DNA from: an uncultured bacterium
Lineage (GTDB): Bacteria > Zixibacteria > MSB-5A5 > CAIYYT01
DNA length: 64,000 nucleotides
Assembly: GCA_963726455.1 (NCBI GenBank)
Contig: CAVSCK010000004.1
Coordinates: 832,001-896,000 of the forward strand
Direction of reading: 5' to 3'
Below the pieces are notes generated by a model. That model ran no database searches. It saw only the letters and a program-made list of their open reading frames with translations, and had not been told where the DNA came from. Shown piece after piece: positions 49,374 through 58,211 of this stretch (position 1 is its first letter; each line of letters opens with the position of its first letter). Both the position numbers and the translations under genes were made by a program.

Positions 49374-50192
49374 GTGCCCCCCAGCAGAGATCAAAATAAA
49401 TCACCCAGAGTAATGATCTTTTCCGATCGGGTGGAATTGCTCTACCCTTTGGAGGTACGGTTGCGGCACGAAGGGTTTCAATTCACAACCTGCGAAACAC
49501 TCGAAACATTCGTCGCGTCCTGCAAGCGCTTTCGCCCAGACATTATCATAATCAAGTCGAGTGCCAAACCGCGCGATGTGGTCAACAGCATCAAGCACCT
49601 GACCGGCAAAGGCATCAATGTCTCCAGCATTCCTACGTTTCTGCTGGTTAGGTCTTGTGTGGCTTTCTTCCTGACGCCGCTATTGGAGATTGGCATCGAG
49701 GACATTGTCGATCTCGACGAGAATCTGGATGTATTGATTCAGAAGATGCGTGAGGTTCGCGCCCGCATTGAACCACGTCTCGCGAAGGCGGCCAATTCCA
49801 GCAAGAAACAGGCATGCTCTCAGGGCAACCTGGCCGACATGAGCATTATCGATTTGTTACAGGCGCTTGGCCCCGGTCAACGGACGGCGCGAATCACCGT
49901 CCGCCCTGACGATGACTCTTCCGATCCCCTGCTTATGTATCTCGTGCGCGGTTGCATCACTTACGCCAAGCTCGGCGACCTGATTGCGGAACAAGCCATT
50001 TACCGTGCGCTCGCCTGGGAACATGGTACCTGGGAGTTGGAGTCGGTCACTGACGCCGATTTGCCTGCTCCGAACAACACGCTTCCAAACGAGTTTATTC
50101 TCATGGAAGGATGCCGCCTATTGGATGAAAATTCCCGTAAGAGCGACGAAAATAAACAGACCGCGTGCGCGGAACAAAACGCCGAGTCATAG
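49374..50192 (+). CDS. Pseudo-receiver plus DUF4388 (PatA-N-like) protein
   Basis: REC-like 'RPDIIII'; 'GNLADMSIIDLLQ...AEQAIYRAL.W..G.W...ILMEGCRLLDE'. Confidence 0.75.
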   Translation: MPPSRDQNKSPRVMIFSDRVELLYPLEVRLRHEGFQFTTCETLETFVASCKRFRPDIIIIKSSAKPRDVVNSIKHLTGKGINVSSIPTFLLVRSCVAFFLTPLLEIGIEDIVDLDENLDVLIQKMREVRARIEPRLAKAANSSKKQACSQGNLADMSIIDLLQALGPGQRTARITVRPDDDSSDPLLMYLVRGCITYAKLGDLIAEQAIYRALAWEHGTWELESVTDADLPAPNNTLPNEFILMEGCRLLDENSRKSDENKQTACAEQNAES

Positions 50193-50382
50193 ACTCCAGC
50201 AAGACCGGCTGGTTTCACAGTCCCAAACACTGAAAAGCGCTTTCAGAAGCCCTTACTCTCACACACAAGAATTCACCAGTTCGGCCGCACAATTTCAGCG
50301 GCCTCTGCGTATTACTGTGAAATAGCGGGCTATATTGTCTGATCTGAGAAACAAGTTAAGGTTGGTTAGTACCGGAGACTCT

Positions 50383-50868
50383 ATGGATGGCTCACTACTG
50401 TCGCAAAGCAACTGTCATTCTCTTGCCTTTGTCGCCAACGGCAAAGACCGTGTCGACGAACTTCGCAGCCTAGGCGTCAGCAAGATTCAGTTCAAAGTGA
50501 CCTCACGGGACAGCGCAGGAATCTTCATCCTCCAAAACACTTTCCACGCGAAAGGTGGCCCGGCGCGACACTTGCATTTCAGTCAGGACGAATGGTTCTA
50601 TGTAATTGAGGGCGAGTTCAGCTTCGAGGTGGGGCAAGATAAATTCCGGTTGTTGCCCGGGGACTCGTTACTGGCTCCGCGTCGGGTACCCCATGTCTGG
50701 GCGTTTGTCGGTGATACCCTGGGCAGTATTGTCGTCGCTTTCACGCCGGCGGGCAAAATGGAGGCGTTTTTCCGCGAGGTGACGAAAGCTAATGCGATGC
50801 CGCCACAGAATCCCCAGTTGTGGCGTGATCACGGAATGGAATTGCTCGGTCCGCCGCTCGAGGTGTAG
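50383..50868 (+). CDS. Cupin domain protein
   Basis: 'GPARHLHFSQDEWFYVIEG', 'PRRVPH'. Confidence 0.88.
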   Translation: MDGSLLSQSNCHSLAFVANGKDRVDELRSLGVSKIQFKVTSRDSAGIFILQNTFHAKGGPARHLHFSQDEWFYVIEGEFSFEVGQDKFRLLPGDSLLAPRRVPHVWAFVGDTLGSIVVAFTPAGKMEAFFREVTKANAMPPQNPQLWRDHGMELLGPPLEV

Positions 50869-50925
50869 AATAGTCTCGTGTTTCGAAATCACTTGCGGTA
50901 GCAGGTATCTATTTCGACACACTTT

Positions 50926-50942
50926 ATCGGGGTTTCGACTAC
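50926..50942 (-). repeat. REP family C half-site
   Basis: Minus strand GTAG-TCGAAACCCCGAT. Confidence 0.5.
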
Positions 50943-51075
50943 TTCTCCCGAAAATCCTAGTCCTGCTGCATCTTGCCACATCCACTTCAGTAACCGCATC
51001 AGACTGCGTATAACACCCAAATGGGGAGTGAATTTGTCCGTATAGGAATTTGCACACTAAGGTTTGGAGAACGTC

Positions 51076-51813
51076 ATGACTCAACAAACAACTACCAGGG
51101 GCACAACTGAACACAAGGTGGTGTCGCAATCGGAATGGGTCACCGCCCGTAAAGCATTTCTCGATGAGGAAAAGAGATTTACGCGCCTGCGCGACCAGCT
51201 CAGCCAGCATCGGCGGGAACTTCCCTGGGTCAGGGTAGACAAAGAGTATGTCTTCCTTGGGCCAAACGGAAAAGAAACACTTGCCCAACTCTTCGACGGC
51301 AAGAGCCAGCTAATCGTTTACCATTTCATGTTCGGTCTCGATTGGAAAGAGGGTTGTCCGGCTTGTTCATTCTGGGCGGACAATTTCAACGGCATCGTCG
51401 AGCATTTGAAGCATCGCGATACGACGATGCTGGCAATCTCGCATGCACCGCTCGACAAGATCAATGAATTCAAGAAGCGCATGGGCTGGAGCTTCAAATG
51501 GGTGTCAGCCGCCGACACGGATTTCAACTACGATTTTCAGGTATCCTTTCGCCCGGAAGACTCGCAAGCTCGCCGAATCTACTACAACTATGACTACGTG
51601 CAGTCACGCTCTACCGAAAATCCAGGGATCAGCACTTTCTATAAAGACCAGGACGGTGTGGTTTATCATACCTACTCGGCCTATGCTCGTGGCTTGGACT
51701 TGATGAATACGGCATACAATTACCTTGACCTGACCGCTAAAGGCCGCGATGAAAATTCGCCGGAGACTGAACACGGGAAATGGATCCGGCATCACGACAA
51801 GTATGACGCCTGA
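51076..51813 (+). CDS. DUF899 thioredoxin-like protein
   Basis: 'RRELPW', 'QLIVYHFMF', CPACS, 'YHTYS..ARG', 'LDLT.KGRDE'. Confidence 0.9.
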   Translation: MTQQTTTRGTTEHKVVSQSEWVTARKAFLDEEKRFTRLRDQLSQHRRELPWVRVDKEYVFLGPNGKETLAQLFDGKSQLIVYHFMFGLDWKEGCPACSFWADNFNGIVEHLKHRDTTMLAISHAPLDKINEFKKRMGWSFKWVSAADTDFNYDFQVSFRPEDSQARRIYYNYDYVQSRSTENPGISTFYKDQDGVVYHTYSAYARGLDLMNTAYNYLDLTAKGRDENSPETEHGKWIRHHDKYDA

Positions 51814-51832
51814 AATCGTGCGGTGAGAGGAA

Positions 51833-51888
51833 ATGTTGCGTCAGGTCCTAGCCCGTCTCCGGGCGTGACCTGACGCGGGGTAGACTTT
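51833..51888 (+). repeat. REP-like hairpin, family A copy 1
   Basis: GTTGCGTCAGGTC-CTA-GCCCG-TCTC-CGGGC-GT-GACCTGACGC. Confidence 0.8.
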
Positions 51889-51899
51889 CTCCGGAGTCT

Positions 51900-52457
51900 T
51901 CACCTGACAGGCTGATAACTCAACACGACGACCCCGCTCTTGAGTGTCTTTGCGCCCGTCAATTTAAGTTCCAGTCTGCTCTTGACGTTCTTGAATATCG
52001 ACGTGCCTGCGCCCAGCACGACCGGATCGAACATGACTTGATACTCATCGATAAGACCCTGCTCAGCAAGCTGGGTGACGACACTACCACTTCCCAATAT
52101 GGTCAGGCTCTTTCCGGGTGTCTGCTTCAACTTCTTCACTTCCGTAATCAGGTCGCCATTCAACACCCTGGTATTCTCCCAATCTGCACTCTTTAGCGTT
52201 CTCGAGAACACAATCTTGTCTGCCTTGTTCATTCCTTTGGCAACACCTGGACTGTCTTCCATTGCCATCGGTGTCGGCCAGTAGCTTGCCATCATCTCGT
52301 AGGTCACCCTTCCGAAAAGCAATGTGCCCCCGCCTTTCAGACTCTGTGCAGCGTACTTGTTTTCCTCCACGCCATGCCGGTGCCAATTGATATCCTGATT
52401 CTTGCCCTCGAAGTACCCGTCCAGCGACACGAATATGAAGCTATTGATCTTTCTCAT
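51900..52457 (-). CDS. Dihydrofolate reductase / RibD C-terminal family protein
   Basis: 'SLDGY', 'LLFGRVTYE', 'GSGS', 'LIDEY', 'PVVLGAG'. Confidence 0.9.
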   Translation of the reverse strand: MRKINSFIFVSLDGYFEGKNQDINWHRHGVEENKYAAQSLKGGGTLLFGRVTYEMMASYWPTPMAMEDSPGVAKGMNKADKIVFSRTLKSADWENTRVLNGDLITEVKKLKQTPGKSLTILGSGSVVTQLAEQGLIDEYQVMFDPVVLGAGTSIFKNVKSRLELKLTGAKTLKSGVVVLSYQPVR

Positions 52458-52531
52458 TGGACTCTCCCTTGATTTCGAATTTGTACGGCAAAAGAGGCGA
52501 AAACGATGGCGGTGTGCTGCGAAAAGGGTGT

Positions 52532-52588
52532 ATGTTGCATCAGGTCTTAGCCAGTCTCCGGGCATGACCTGACGCGGCGTAGACTGTT
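52532..52588 (+). repeat. REP-like hairpin, family A copy 2
   Basis: Direct repeat of copy 1 including the downstream GG.GTAGACT. Confidence 0.8.
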
Positions 52589-52607
52589 TGGAGAAGTACG
52601 ATCCGGG

Positions 52608-52995
52608 CTACTCAACCTTGGTGCCGATCCACCAGGTTACACCTCCGGCATCTTTGACCCCGCCGCGTTTGTCTTGACCTTGTCTGTGCACCGGTTCCTG
52701 CACCGAAATTGCACCTGCCGCTATGGCTCGCTGATAAACGGCGTCGACGTCTCTGACGTAAACATGCAAATGCGAGGGCATTGCCGGCCAGGCATCAGTG
52801 CTGTCGGCAAGCATCACAATCGTGTCCTCAATTCGAACTTCGGCGTGCATAATCTCGGCCCATAGGATCCGCGACCCTGCGTATTTCGCTTGCTCCGAAG
52901 ACATCCTTGAGAAACGCGATAGCGCTGCTTGCGTCGCGCACTATGAGATAGGGTGAGACGGTACTGTAGCTGTCTGGCTTGTAAGAAATGCTCAT
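52608..52995 (-). CDS. VOC/glyoxalase (PhnB-like) protein; one +1 frameshift near 52857
   Basis: 'TVSPYLIV', 'IMHAEVRI', 'YVRDVD', 'D..G.TWWI'; span = 3n+1. Confidence 0.85.
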
Positions 52996-53083
52996 AATTT
53001 CTCCTTGTCTGCGTTCCTTCTTCGTTACGAAGATGTACGGCCTGCGAGGGAGAATCGATGGCCTGGTTAGATATCGATGTGAT

Positions 53084-53127
53084 TGTATCGTCAAGCTATA
53101 GCTCGCCGAACGGGCGTGACCTGACGC
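53084..53127 (+). repeat. REP-like hairpin, family A copy 3 (degenerate left arm)
   Basis: Right arm CGGGCGTGACCTGACGC intact. Confidence 0.65.
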
Positions 53128-53412
53128 AAAGGGTTATCACCTCCCGCAAGCGATTCGCCTTGATTGTCGCATGCCAGCAGGGGGCTTCGACATTAGGGAC
53201 TATACCGCGGGATGCCGACTCAAAGCGACGCCCCAAAATGGGGGCAATCTCCAACGTTCTCCCAAGTCGCCAATAATCTTCTTGACAATCCGGATTAAAT
53301 GTAGTTTCTTAGTATACGTTACCTACATTTGCGGGAGTCTGTCGACATGCTAGGACCCGGTCGACTCACTTCTAAGTTCACTCAACTGTCACCAAAGGAG
53401 GGCAGAGATACT

Positions 53413-54723
53413 ATGCGTATGAATCTGCTATCGTTGACTGTCGTCATGCTTTGCATCTTCGCGTCCAAAGCGTTCGCGGCAATTTCCTTCGCTCCCCACG
53501 TAGATTATCCACTGCAAGCGTACAGTTGGCCGCAGTCCGTCTGTAGCGCTGACTTTGACGGCGACGGCAAGAATGACGTGGCTGTGGTATACTATAACGC
53601 AGCCAAGATATCGATCCTGAAGAGCAATGGTGATGGCACACTGGCTCCGGCGGTAGATTACCCAGCATCATATAGCGGAATGGCTATCTGCACAGCCGAC
53701 TTTAACGGAGACGGGAAACCCGATATAGCGCTTGCGAATGACAATTCCCCCGGCGTCACCGTATTGATGAACAACGGAGATGGTACCTTTGCAGCTCCTG
53801 TCAATTACACCGAAGATTACGTGCGCTCGATATTTACAGCCGACTTAAATGGTGACGGGAGACCGGACTTGGCCGTTGCCAGTACGCTGTTCAATTGTGC
53901 AACCGTACTAATAAACCATGGCGACGGCACCTTCGCCCCGGGAGTCAGCTACACTGTCGGAGCCAATCCCTGGGGTGTGTATGGCGCCGATTTCGACGGC
54001 GACGGATGGTGTGATCTGGCAACAGCAAACTACACTTCTAACAACGTCTCGGTTTTGCGAAACAACGGCGACGGCACTTTTGCATCAGCCGTCAATTATC
54101 CCGTGGCACTCCAAGCATTTTCCGTATATGCCGGCGATCTTAACGGGGATGGCAAACCAGATCTGGCGGTGGGACACTGGACGTTACCTAACAGCATTGC
54201 CGTTCTGATCAACAATGGAAGTGGCACGTTCGCGCCTGCCGTCATTTACGACATAACCGCCGGTTACATTATTGTCATCGCCGTCGATCTGGATGGTGAC
54301 GGTTACCCTGACCTGGCGTCGGGATGTAATGGTCGTGACGTGGCAGTCAATCTGAACCATGGCAACGGTACGTTTGCGGCGGCGTCCTATTTCCCGGTGG
54401 GCGCAGGTGACCGTGGCGTCTGCGCCGCCGACTTAAACGGGGACGGAAAGCTTGATCTGGTAACAGCAAATCAATACGAGTCCACTCTATCTGTTCTGAT
54501 CAACAATGGCTCGCACGTATGTGGCGATGCTAACGGTGATGCTACCGTAGACATATCCGACGCGGTCGCGCTGATAGCTTACATCTTTTCCGGAGGTCCT
54601 GCTCCGAGTCCATTGGCTGCGGGCGACGCCAACTGCGACTTGGCTGTCGATATCTCGGACGCCGTGTATCTAATTGCATACATCTTTAGCGGTGGACCGG
54701 CGCCATGCGCATCCTGTAAATGA
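53413..54723 (+). CDS. Secreted FG-GAP 7-blade protein with dockerin-like domain (paralogue 1)
   Basis: AAGGAGG RBS, signal peptide, seven D(F/L)xGDGxxD loops, two dockerin-like repeats. Confidence 0.9.
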   Translation: MRMNLLSLTVVMLCIFASKAFAAISFAPHVDYPLQAYSWPQSVCSADFDGDGKNDVAVVYYNAAKISILKSNGDGTLAPAVDYPASYSGMAICTADFNGDGKPDIALANDNSPGVTVLMNNGDGTFAAPVNYTEDYVRSIFTADLNGDGRPDLAVASTLFNCATVLINHGDGTFAPGVSYTVGANPWGVYGADFDGDGWCDLATANYTSNNVSVLRNNGDGTFASAVNYPVALQAFSVYAGDLNGDGKPDLAVGHWTLPNSIAVLINNGSGTFAPAVIYDITAGYIIVIAVDLDGDGYPDLASGCNGRDVAVNLNHGNGTFAAASYFPVGAGDRGVCAADLNGDGKLDLVTANQYESTLSVLINNGSHVCGDANGDATVDISDAVALIAYIFSGGPAPSPLAAGDANCDLAVDISDAVYLIAYIFSGGPAPCASCK

Positions 54724-54752
54724 AATCCTCTTCATAGAAAGGTAGAATTGAC

Positions 54753-56069
54753 ATGATCCCCAAATGCTTAAGCATCGCATTCGTGACCTGTTTGTTTGTG
54801 ACTCAGTCCCTCGTCGCTGCCATCTCTTTCGCCCCCCACGTAGATTACCCGGTGGGGACAGCTCCCTGGTCGGTTTGTGCGGCTGATCTTAACAATGATG
54901 GCAAACCTGATCTGGCGACGGCCAACAACAACTCCGGCTACATTTCAGTCCTGAAAAACAATGGCAACGGCACTTTCGCAGCAGCAGCCAGTTTTGCAGT
55001 GCAATTGTCCGGCAAATCCATTTGTGCTGCCTACCTCAATCCCGACGGCTGGGCAGACCTGGCGGTAGTCGATGGAAGTAGTGTCGAGGTTTTGACCAAC
55101 ACTGGCTCACCTGGTATCTCCTTTAGTGGTGCCATGCCGTTCTTTGCCGGCGCAACTCCTTACTCTGTCGCTGCTGCCGATTTCGACGGGAATGGGACTA
55201 ATGACCTTGCGGTGGTAGACTATTTTAACAGTACGGTTGGGATTTTGTTCAATTCCGGCTTCGCAATCTTTGCAGCTCCGGTCAACTATAGCGTGGGTGG
55301 CGGTCCGTGGTCAGTCTGCGCCGCCAACCTCGGCGGGGACTCGCGACCCGAAGTTGCGACGGCAAACTATTATTTCTCCAATGCCTCAGTGCTTCTCAAT
55401 AACGGCAACGGGACTTTCGCGCCTGCCGTCAGCTACCCGGTCGGCATCTCCCCCGTGTCTATTTGCGCCGCCGACTTCGACGGTGACGGATATATTGATT
55501 TGGCAGTTGCTAATGGCTACGATGGTACCGCCTACACAGTCTCAATCTTGATTAACAATGGCGCCGGCGTATTCGTGCCAACTGCTACATATCCGGGGTT
55601 TTCTACCCCGATGAGTCTTTGCGCTTCTGACATTGACGGTGATGGGTACGTTGACTTGGCTGTGGCAAACTATTTTGGAGACAATATTTCGGTCTTAAAG
55701 AACAATGGTGCCGGAACTTTCTCCTCAGCCGGCACATTCGCTGTCGGAAGCAGGCCGCGTTCTGTTTTCGCTGCTGATTTCAACGGCGACGGAAGACCCG
55801 ATTTGGCGACCGCAAACGAGACTGCCAACTCCCTTTCCGTTTTGATCAGTATCGGTCCATACATATGTGGCGATGCCAACGGTGATGCTGCCGTGGACAT
55901 ATCCGACGCGGTCGCTTTGATCGCTTACATCTTCTCTGGAGGTCCCGCTCCGAATCCATTGGCTGCGGGGGATGCCAACTGCGACTTGGCCGTCGATATC
56001 TCGGACGCGGTGTACTTGATTGCGTACATCTTTTCTGGCGGACCAGCGCCCTGTGCAGGGTGTAAATAG
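54753..56069 (+). CDS. Secreted FG-GAP 7-blade protein with dockerin-like domain (paralogue 2)
   Basis: Same architecture as paralogue 1. Confidence 0.9.
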   Translation: MIPKCLSIAFVTCLFVTQSLVAAISFAPHVDYPVGTAPWSVCAADLNNDGKPDLATANNNSGYISVLKNNGNGTFAAAASFAVQLSGKSICAAYLNPDGWADLAVVDGSSVEVLTNTGSPGISFSGAMPFFAGATPYSVAAADFDGNGTNDLAVVDYFNSTVGILFNSGFAIFAAPVNYSVGGGPWSVCAANLGGDSRPEVATANYYFSNASVLLNNGNGTFAPAVSYPVGISPVSICAADFDGDGYIDLAVANGYDGTAYTVSILINNGAGVFVPTATYPGFSTPMSLCASDIDGDGYVDLAVANYFGDNISVLKNNGAGTFSSAGTFAVGSRPRSVFAADFNGDGRPDLATANETANSLSVLISIGPYICGDANGDAAVDISDAVALIAYIFSGGPAPNPLAAGDANCDLAVDISDAVYLIAYIFSGGPAPCAGCK

Positions 56070-56259
56070 CAGCAATTCTGTAAAGTGCGCTCGTAATTGG
56101 CCAAGACCTCATGGAAAGGTAATCTGTACGTTTGGCAATTCGGATTAAATATAAAGTCCTAGTACATGTTACCAACATTGCCGGGGCCTGTAGGTGCGAC
56201 TGCTATGTCGACATGCTCCCGCTTTCATTCACCTGTCTCAAAAGGAGGACAGAAATACC

Positions 56260-57492
56260 ATGTATATGAAACTGCTAACGTCAACCCTCGCGATGCTTTG
56301 CATTTTCGCAGGCAATGCGCTAGCCGCCATTTCGTTTCAAGCGCCGGTAAAATATCCGGTCGCGGCGGAACCCATTTCGATCTGCATCGATGACGGGAGC
56401 AACGCCAGCCAAATCTATCTGGATGTTGCATGCTATGCGGGCAACCAATTGATGTGGCTGGTAGGGAACGGCGACGGTACTTTCGTTGTGAGTCCTACAT
56501 CGCATGCCGCCACTACACCAACTTCCGTTTCTGCCGCAAGTTTTTACGGATGGCCTAACAAGGCGATGGCGTGGACGGAGCTTTCCGGCATTATCAAATG
56601 GGACGACGGCAATGCTCAGTCTTCGATTGGGGGCCTTGATCCTAAATCTCTCTGCGTCGCTGATTTCAACTTTGACTACTTGCCAGAAGCTGCCTGGGTT
56701 GATTTTGGCAGTGATCTCGTTGAAACTGCCCATATCGATTCATGGAGTGGCTTCGTTTCTGACTGGAGCACAACAGTTGGAGCCAACCCTATATCGATGT
56801 GCATTGCGGACTTTGACGGCGACTGGTGGCCTGACTTGGCCATCGCGAACTACGGCGCCCAAACTGTCACAGTCTATCGCAACACTTCTGATACTTACAG
56901 CGGTGTCCTGGATTTCGAACTTCACGCAACTAACGGGGTGGGACCGCACCCATACTCCATCTGTACCGCTGACTTTGACTTGGATGGTTTTCCGGATTTG
57001 GCCACTTGCGACAATGGCTGGGGTGTCACTGTCTTGAGAAATACTGGCGGTGGCTACTTCACGGCATCCGAGCAAGGAACGAATCGTGTCGATAGTCCGA
57101 CATGCATCATTGCCGCGGATTTCGACAACGACGGCAAACCTGATCTCGCGGTTGCGAACTCTGCGAGCAACCTTAATGATGTCACTGTGCTTCGCAATAC
57201 ATCCACTGTCGGCAACATATCCTTCGAAGTGGGCTGCTGGGTGGACGACTGGGGATGGGCGGCCTGGGCTCTCTGTGCCGCCGATTTCAATCGCGACGGC
57301 AAGATGGATCTCGCGGTAGCTAATCGTTACTCCAACAATGTCTCGATTCTGCTCAACAACACTTCGGCCGGATCAAGTACTGGAGTATGCGGCGACGCCA
57401 ACTGCGACCTGGCTGTCGATATCTCGGACGCGGTGTACTTGATTGCGTACATCTTTTCAGGCGGACCGGCACCGTGCGCAGGGTGTAAATAG
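56260..57492 (+). CDS. Secreted FG-GAP protein with single dockerin-like repeat (paralogue 3)
   Basis: AAGGAGG RBS, signal peptide, five clear and two degenerate blades, one 'GDANCDLAVDISDAVYL' repeat. Confidence 0.88.
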   Translation: MYMKLLTSTLAMLCIFAGNALAAISFQAPVKYPVAAEPISICIDDGSNASQIYLDVACYAGNQLMWLVGNGDGTFVVSPTSHAATTPTSVSAASFYGWPNKAMAWTELSGIIKWDDGNAQSSIGGLDPKSLCVADFNFDYLPEAAWVDFGSDLVETAHIDSWSGFVSDWSTTVGANPISMCIADFDGDWWPDLAIANYGAQTVTVYRNTSDTYSGVLDFELHATNGVGPHPYSICTADFDLDGFPDLATCDNGWGVTVLRNTGGGYFTASEQGTNRVDSPTCIIAADFDNDGKPDLAVANSASNLNDVTVLRNTSTVGNISFEVGCWVDDWGWAAWALCAADFNRDGKMDLAVANRYSNNVSILLNNTSAGSSTGVCGDANCDLAVDISDAVYLIAYIFSGGPAPCAGCK

Positions 57493-57518
57493 CAGCGGCC
57501 TGGTAAAGTAGATTCGTA

Positions 57519-57630
57519 GTTGCGTCAGGTCTTAGGTCGTCCCACGGGAGTGACGGTGTGCCGAACGCCAGGAATGCTCACCAGATGATGCGTCAGGTCC
57601 TAGCCCGTCCCACGGGCGTGGCCTGACGCG
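57519..57630 (+). repeat. REP-like hairpins, family A copies 4 (partial, 57519-57554) and 5 (57585-57630)
   Basis: GCGTCAGGTC.TAG..CGTCCCACGGG.GTG. Confidence 0.75.
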
Positions 57631-57648
57631 AGCACTATGATAAGTCTT

Positions 57649-57814
57649 GTAGGTCGGGTTTGCAGCGCAGCGCCAAACCCGACATGATTCACCCAGCCGA
57701 AAGCTGTCGGGTTTTCTCGTCGGCGAAGACAACTAAAGTCGTCGATTCGTCAGAGTCAGTGACCCAGCCAGCGGAAGTGAAATGGCAACCAGCCGACTCG
57801 CGAACCCGACCTAC
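57649..57814. mobile_element. REPIN/MITE-like element, family B copy 1 (166 bp)
   Basis: Terminal inverted repeats GTAGGTCGGGTT/AACCCGACCTAC with two internal GTCGGGTT/AACCCGAC arms. Confidence 0.75.
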
Positions 57815-57895
57815 GAAACTGAACCCACGGACGTGCAGCAGGTCGAAACCTATGTGGTACGACTCGAACGCTTAGGACACTCTCGTACGGTTGGG

Positions 57896-57943
57896 ATGTT
57901 GCGTCAGTTCCTAGCCCGTCCCACGGGCGTGACCTGACGCAAC
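57896..57943 (+). repeat. REP-like hairpin, family A copy 6
   Basis: GTTGCGTCAG...CTGACGCAAC arms. Confidence 0.8.
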
Positions 57944-57952
57944 CACGCACTC

Positions 57953-58066
57953 TCACGGTGTGCGCTTGGGCTGCTTGTCCTGCCGCTGTTTCTCTTCCTG
58001 CGCGTGCTTCTGTTGTTTCTGTTTCTGATCTTTGCTCTTGTCCTTTTTGCCGCCTTTGTCTCCCAT
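57953..58066 (-). CDS. 37-aa K/Q/D/E-rich small protein (not in ORF track)
   Basis: AAAGGAG RBS; MGDKGGKKDKSKDQKQKQQKHAQEEKQRQDKQPKRTP*. Confidence 0.65.
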   Translation of the reverse strand: MGDKGGKKDKSKDQKQKQQKHAQEEKQRQDKQPKRTP

Positions 58067-58211
58067 GGTGAGACTCCTTTCTGTTTGCTTTTAGCCCGGT
58101 CGTCAGACCTCACTGTGCTGAGGCACTACCTGATATAATACGATGTTTTTGAAGGCAGCGCGACGGGTCAAATTGAGATTCGTAGGCCGCAACCGCTAAT
58201 GGCAAGGTATT

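Noticed and set aside
50231-50245. TGAAAAGCGCTTTCA as a LacI/CcpA operator
   Set aside because: Imperfect dyad with an extra A, no LacI regulator or sugar genes nearby; could be chance
53413-57492. Diversity-generating retroelement acting on FG-GAP/dockerin genes
   Set aside because: No reverse transcriptase; differences between 3' repeats are mostly synonymous and not adenine-specific
51833-57943. Family A hairpins as integron attC sites
   Set aside because: Ends are GTT...AAC rather than RYYYAAC...GTTRRRY, and no intI is present
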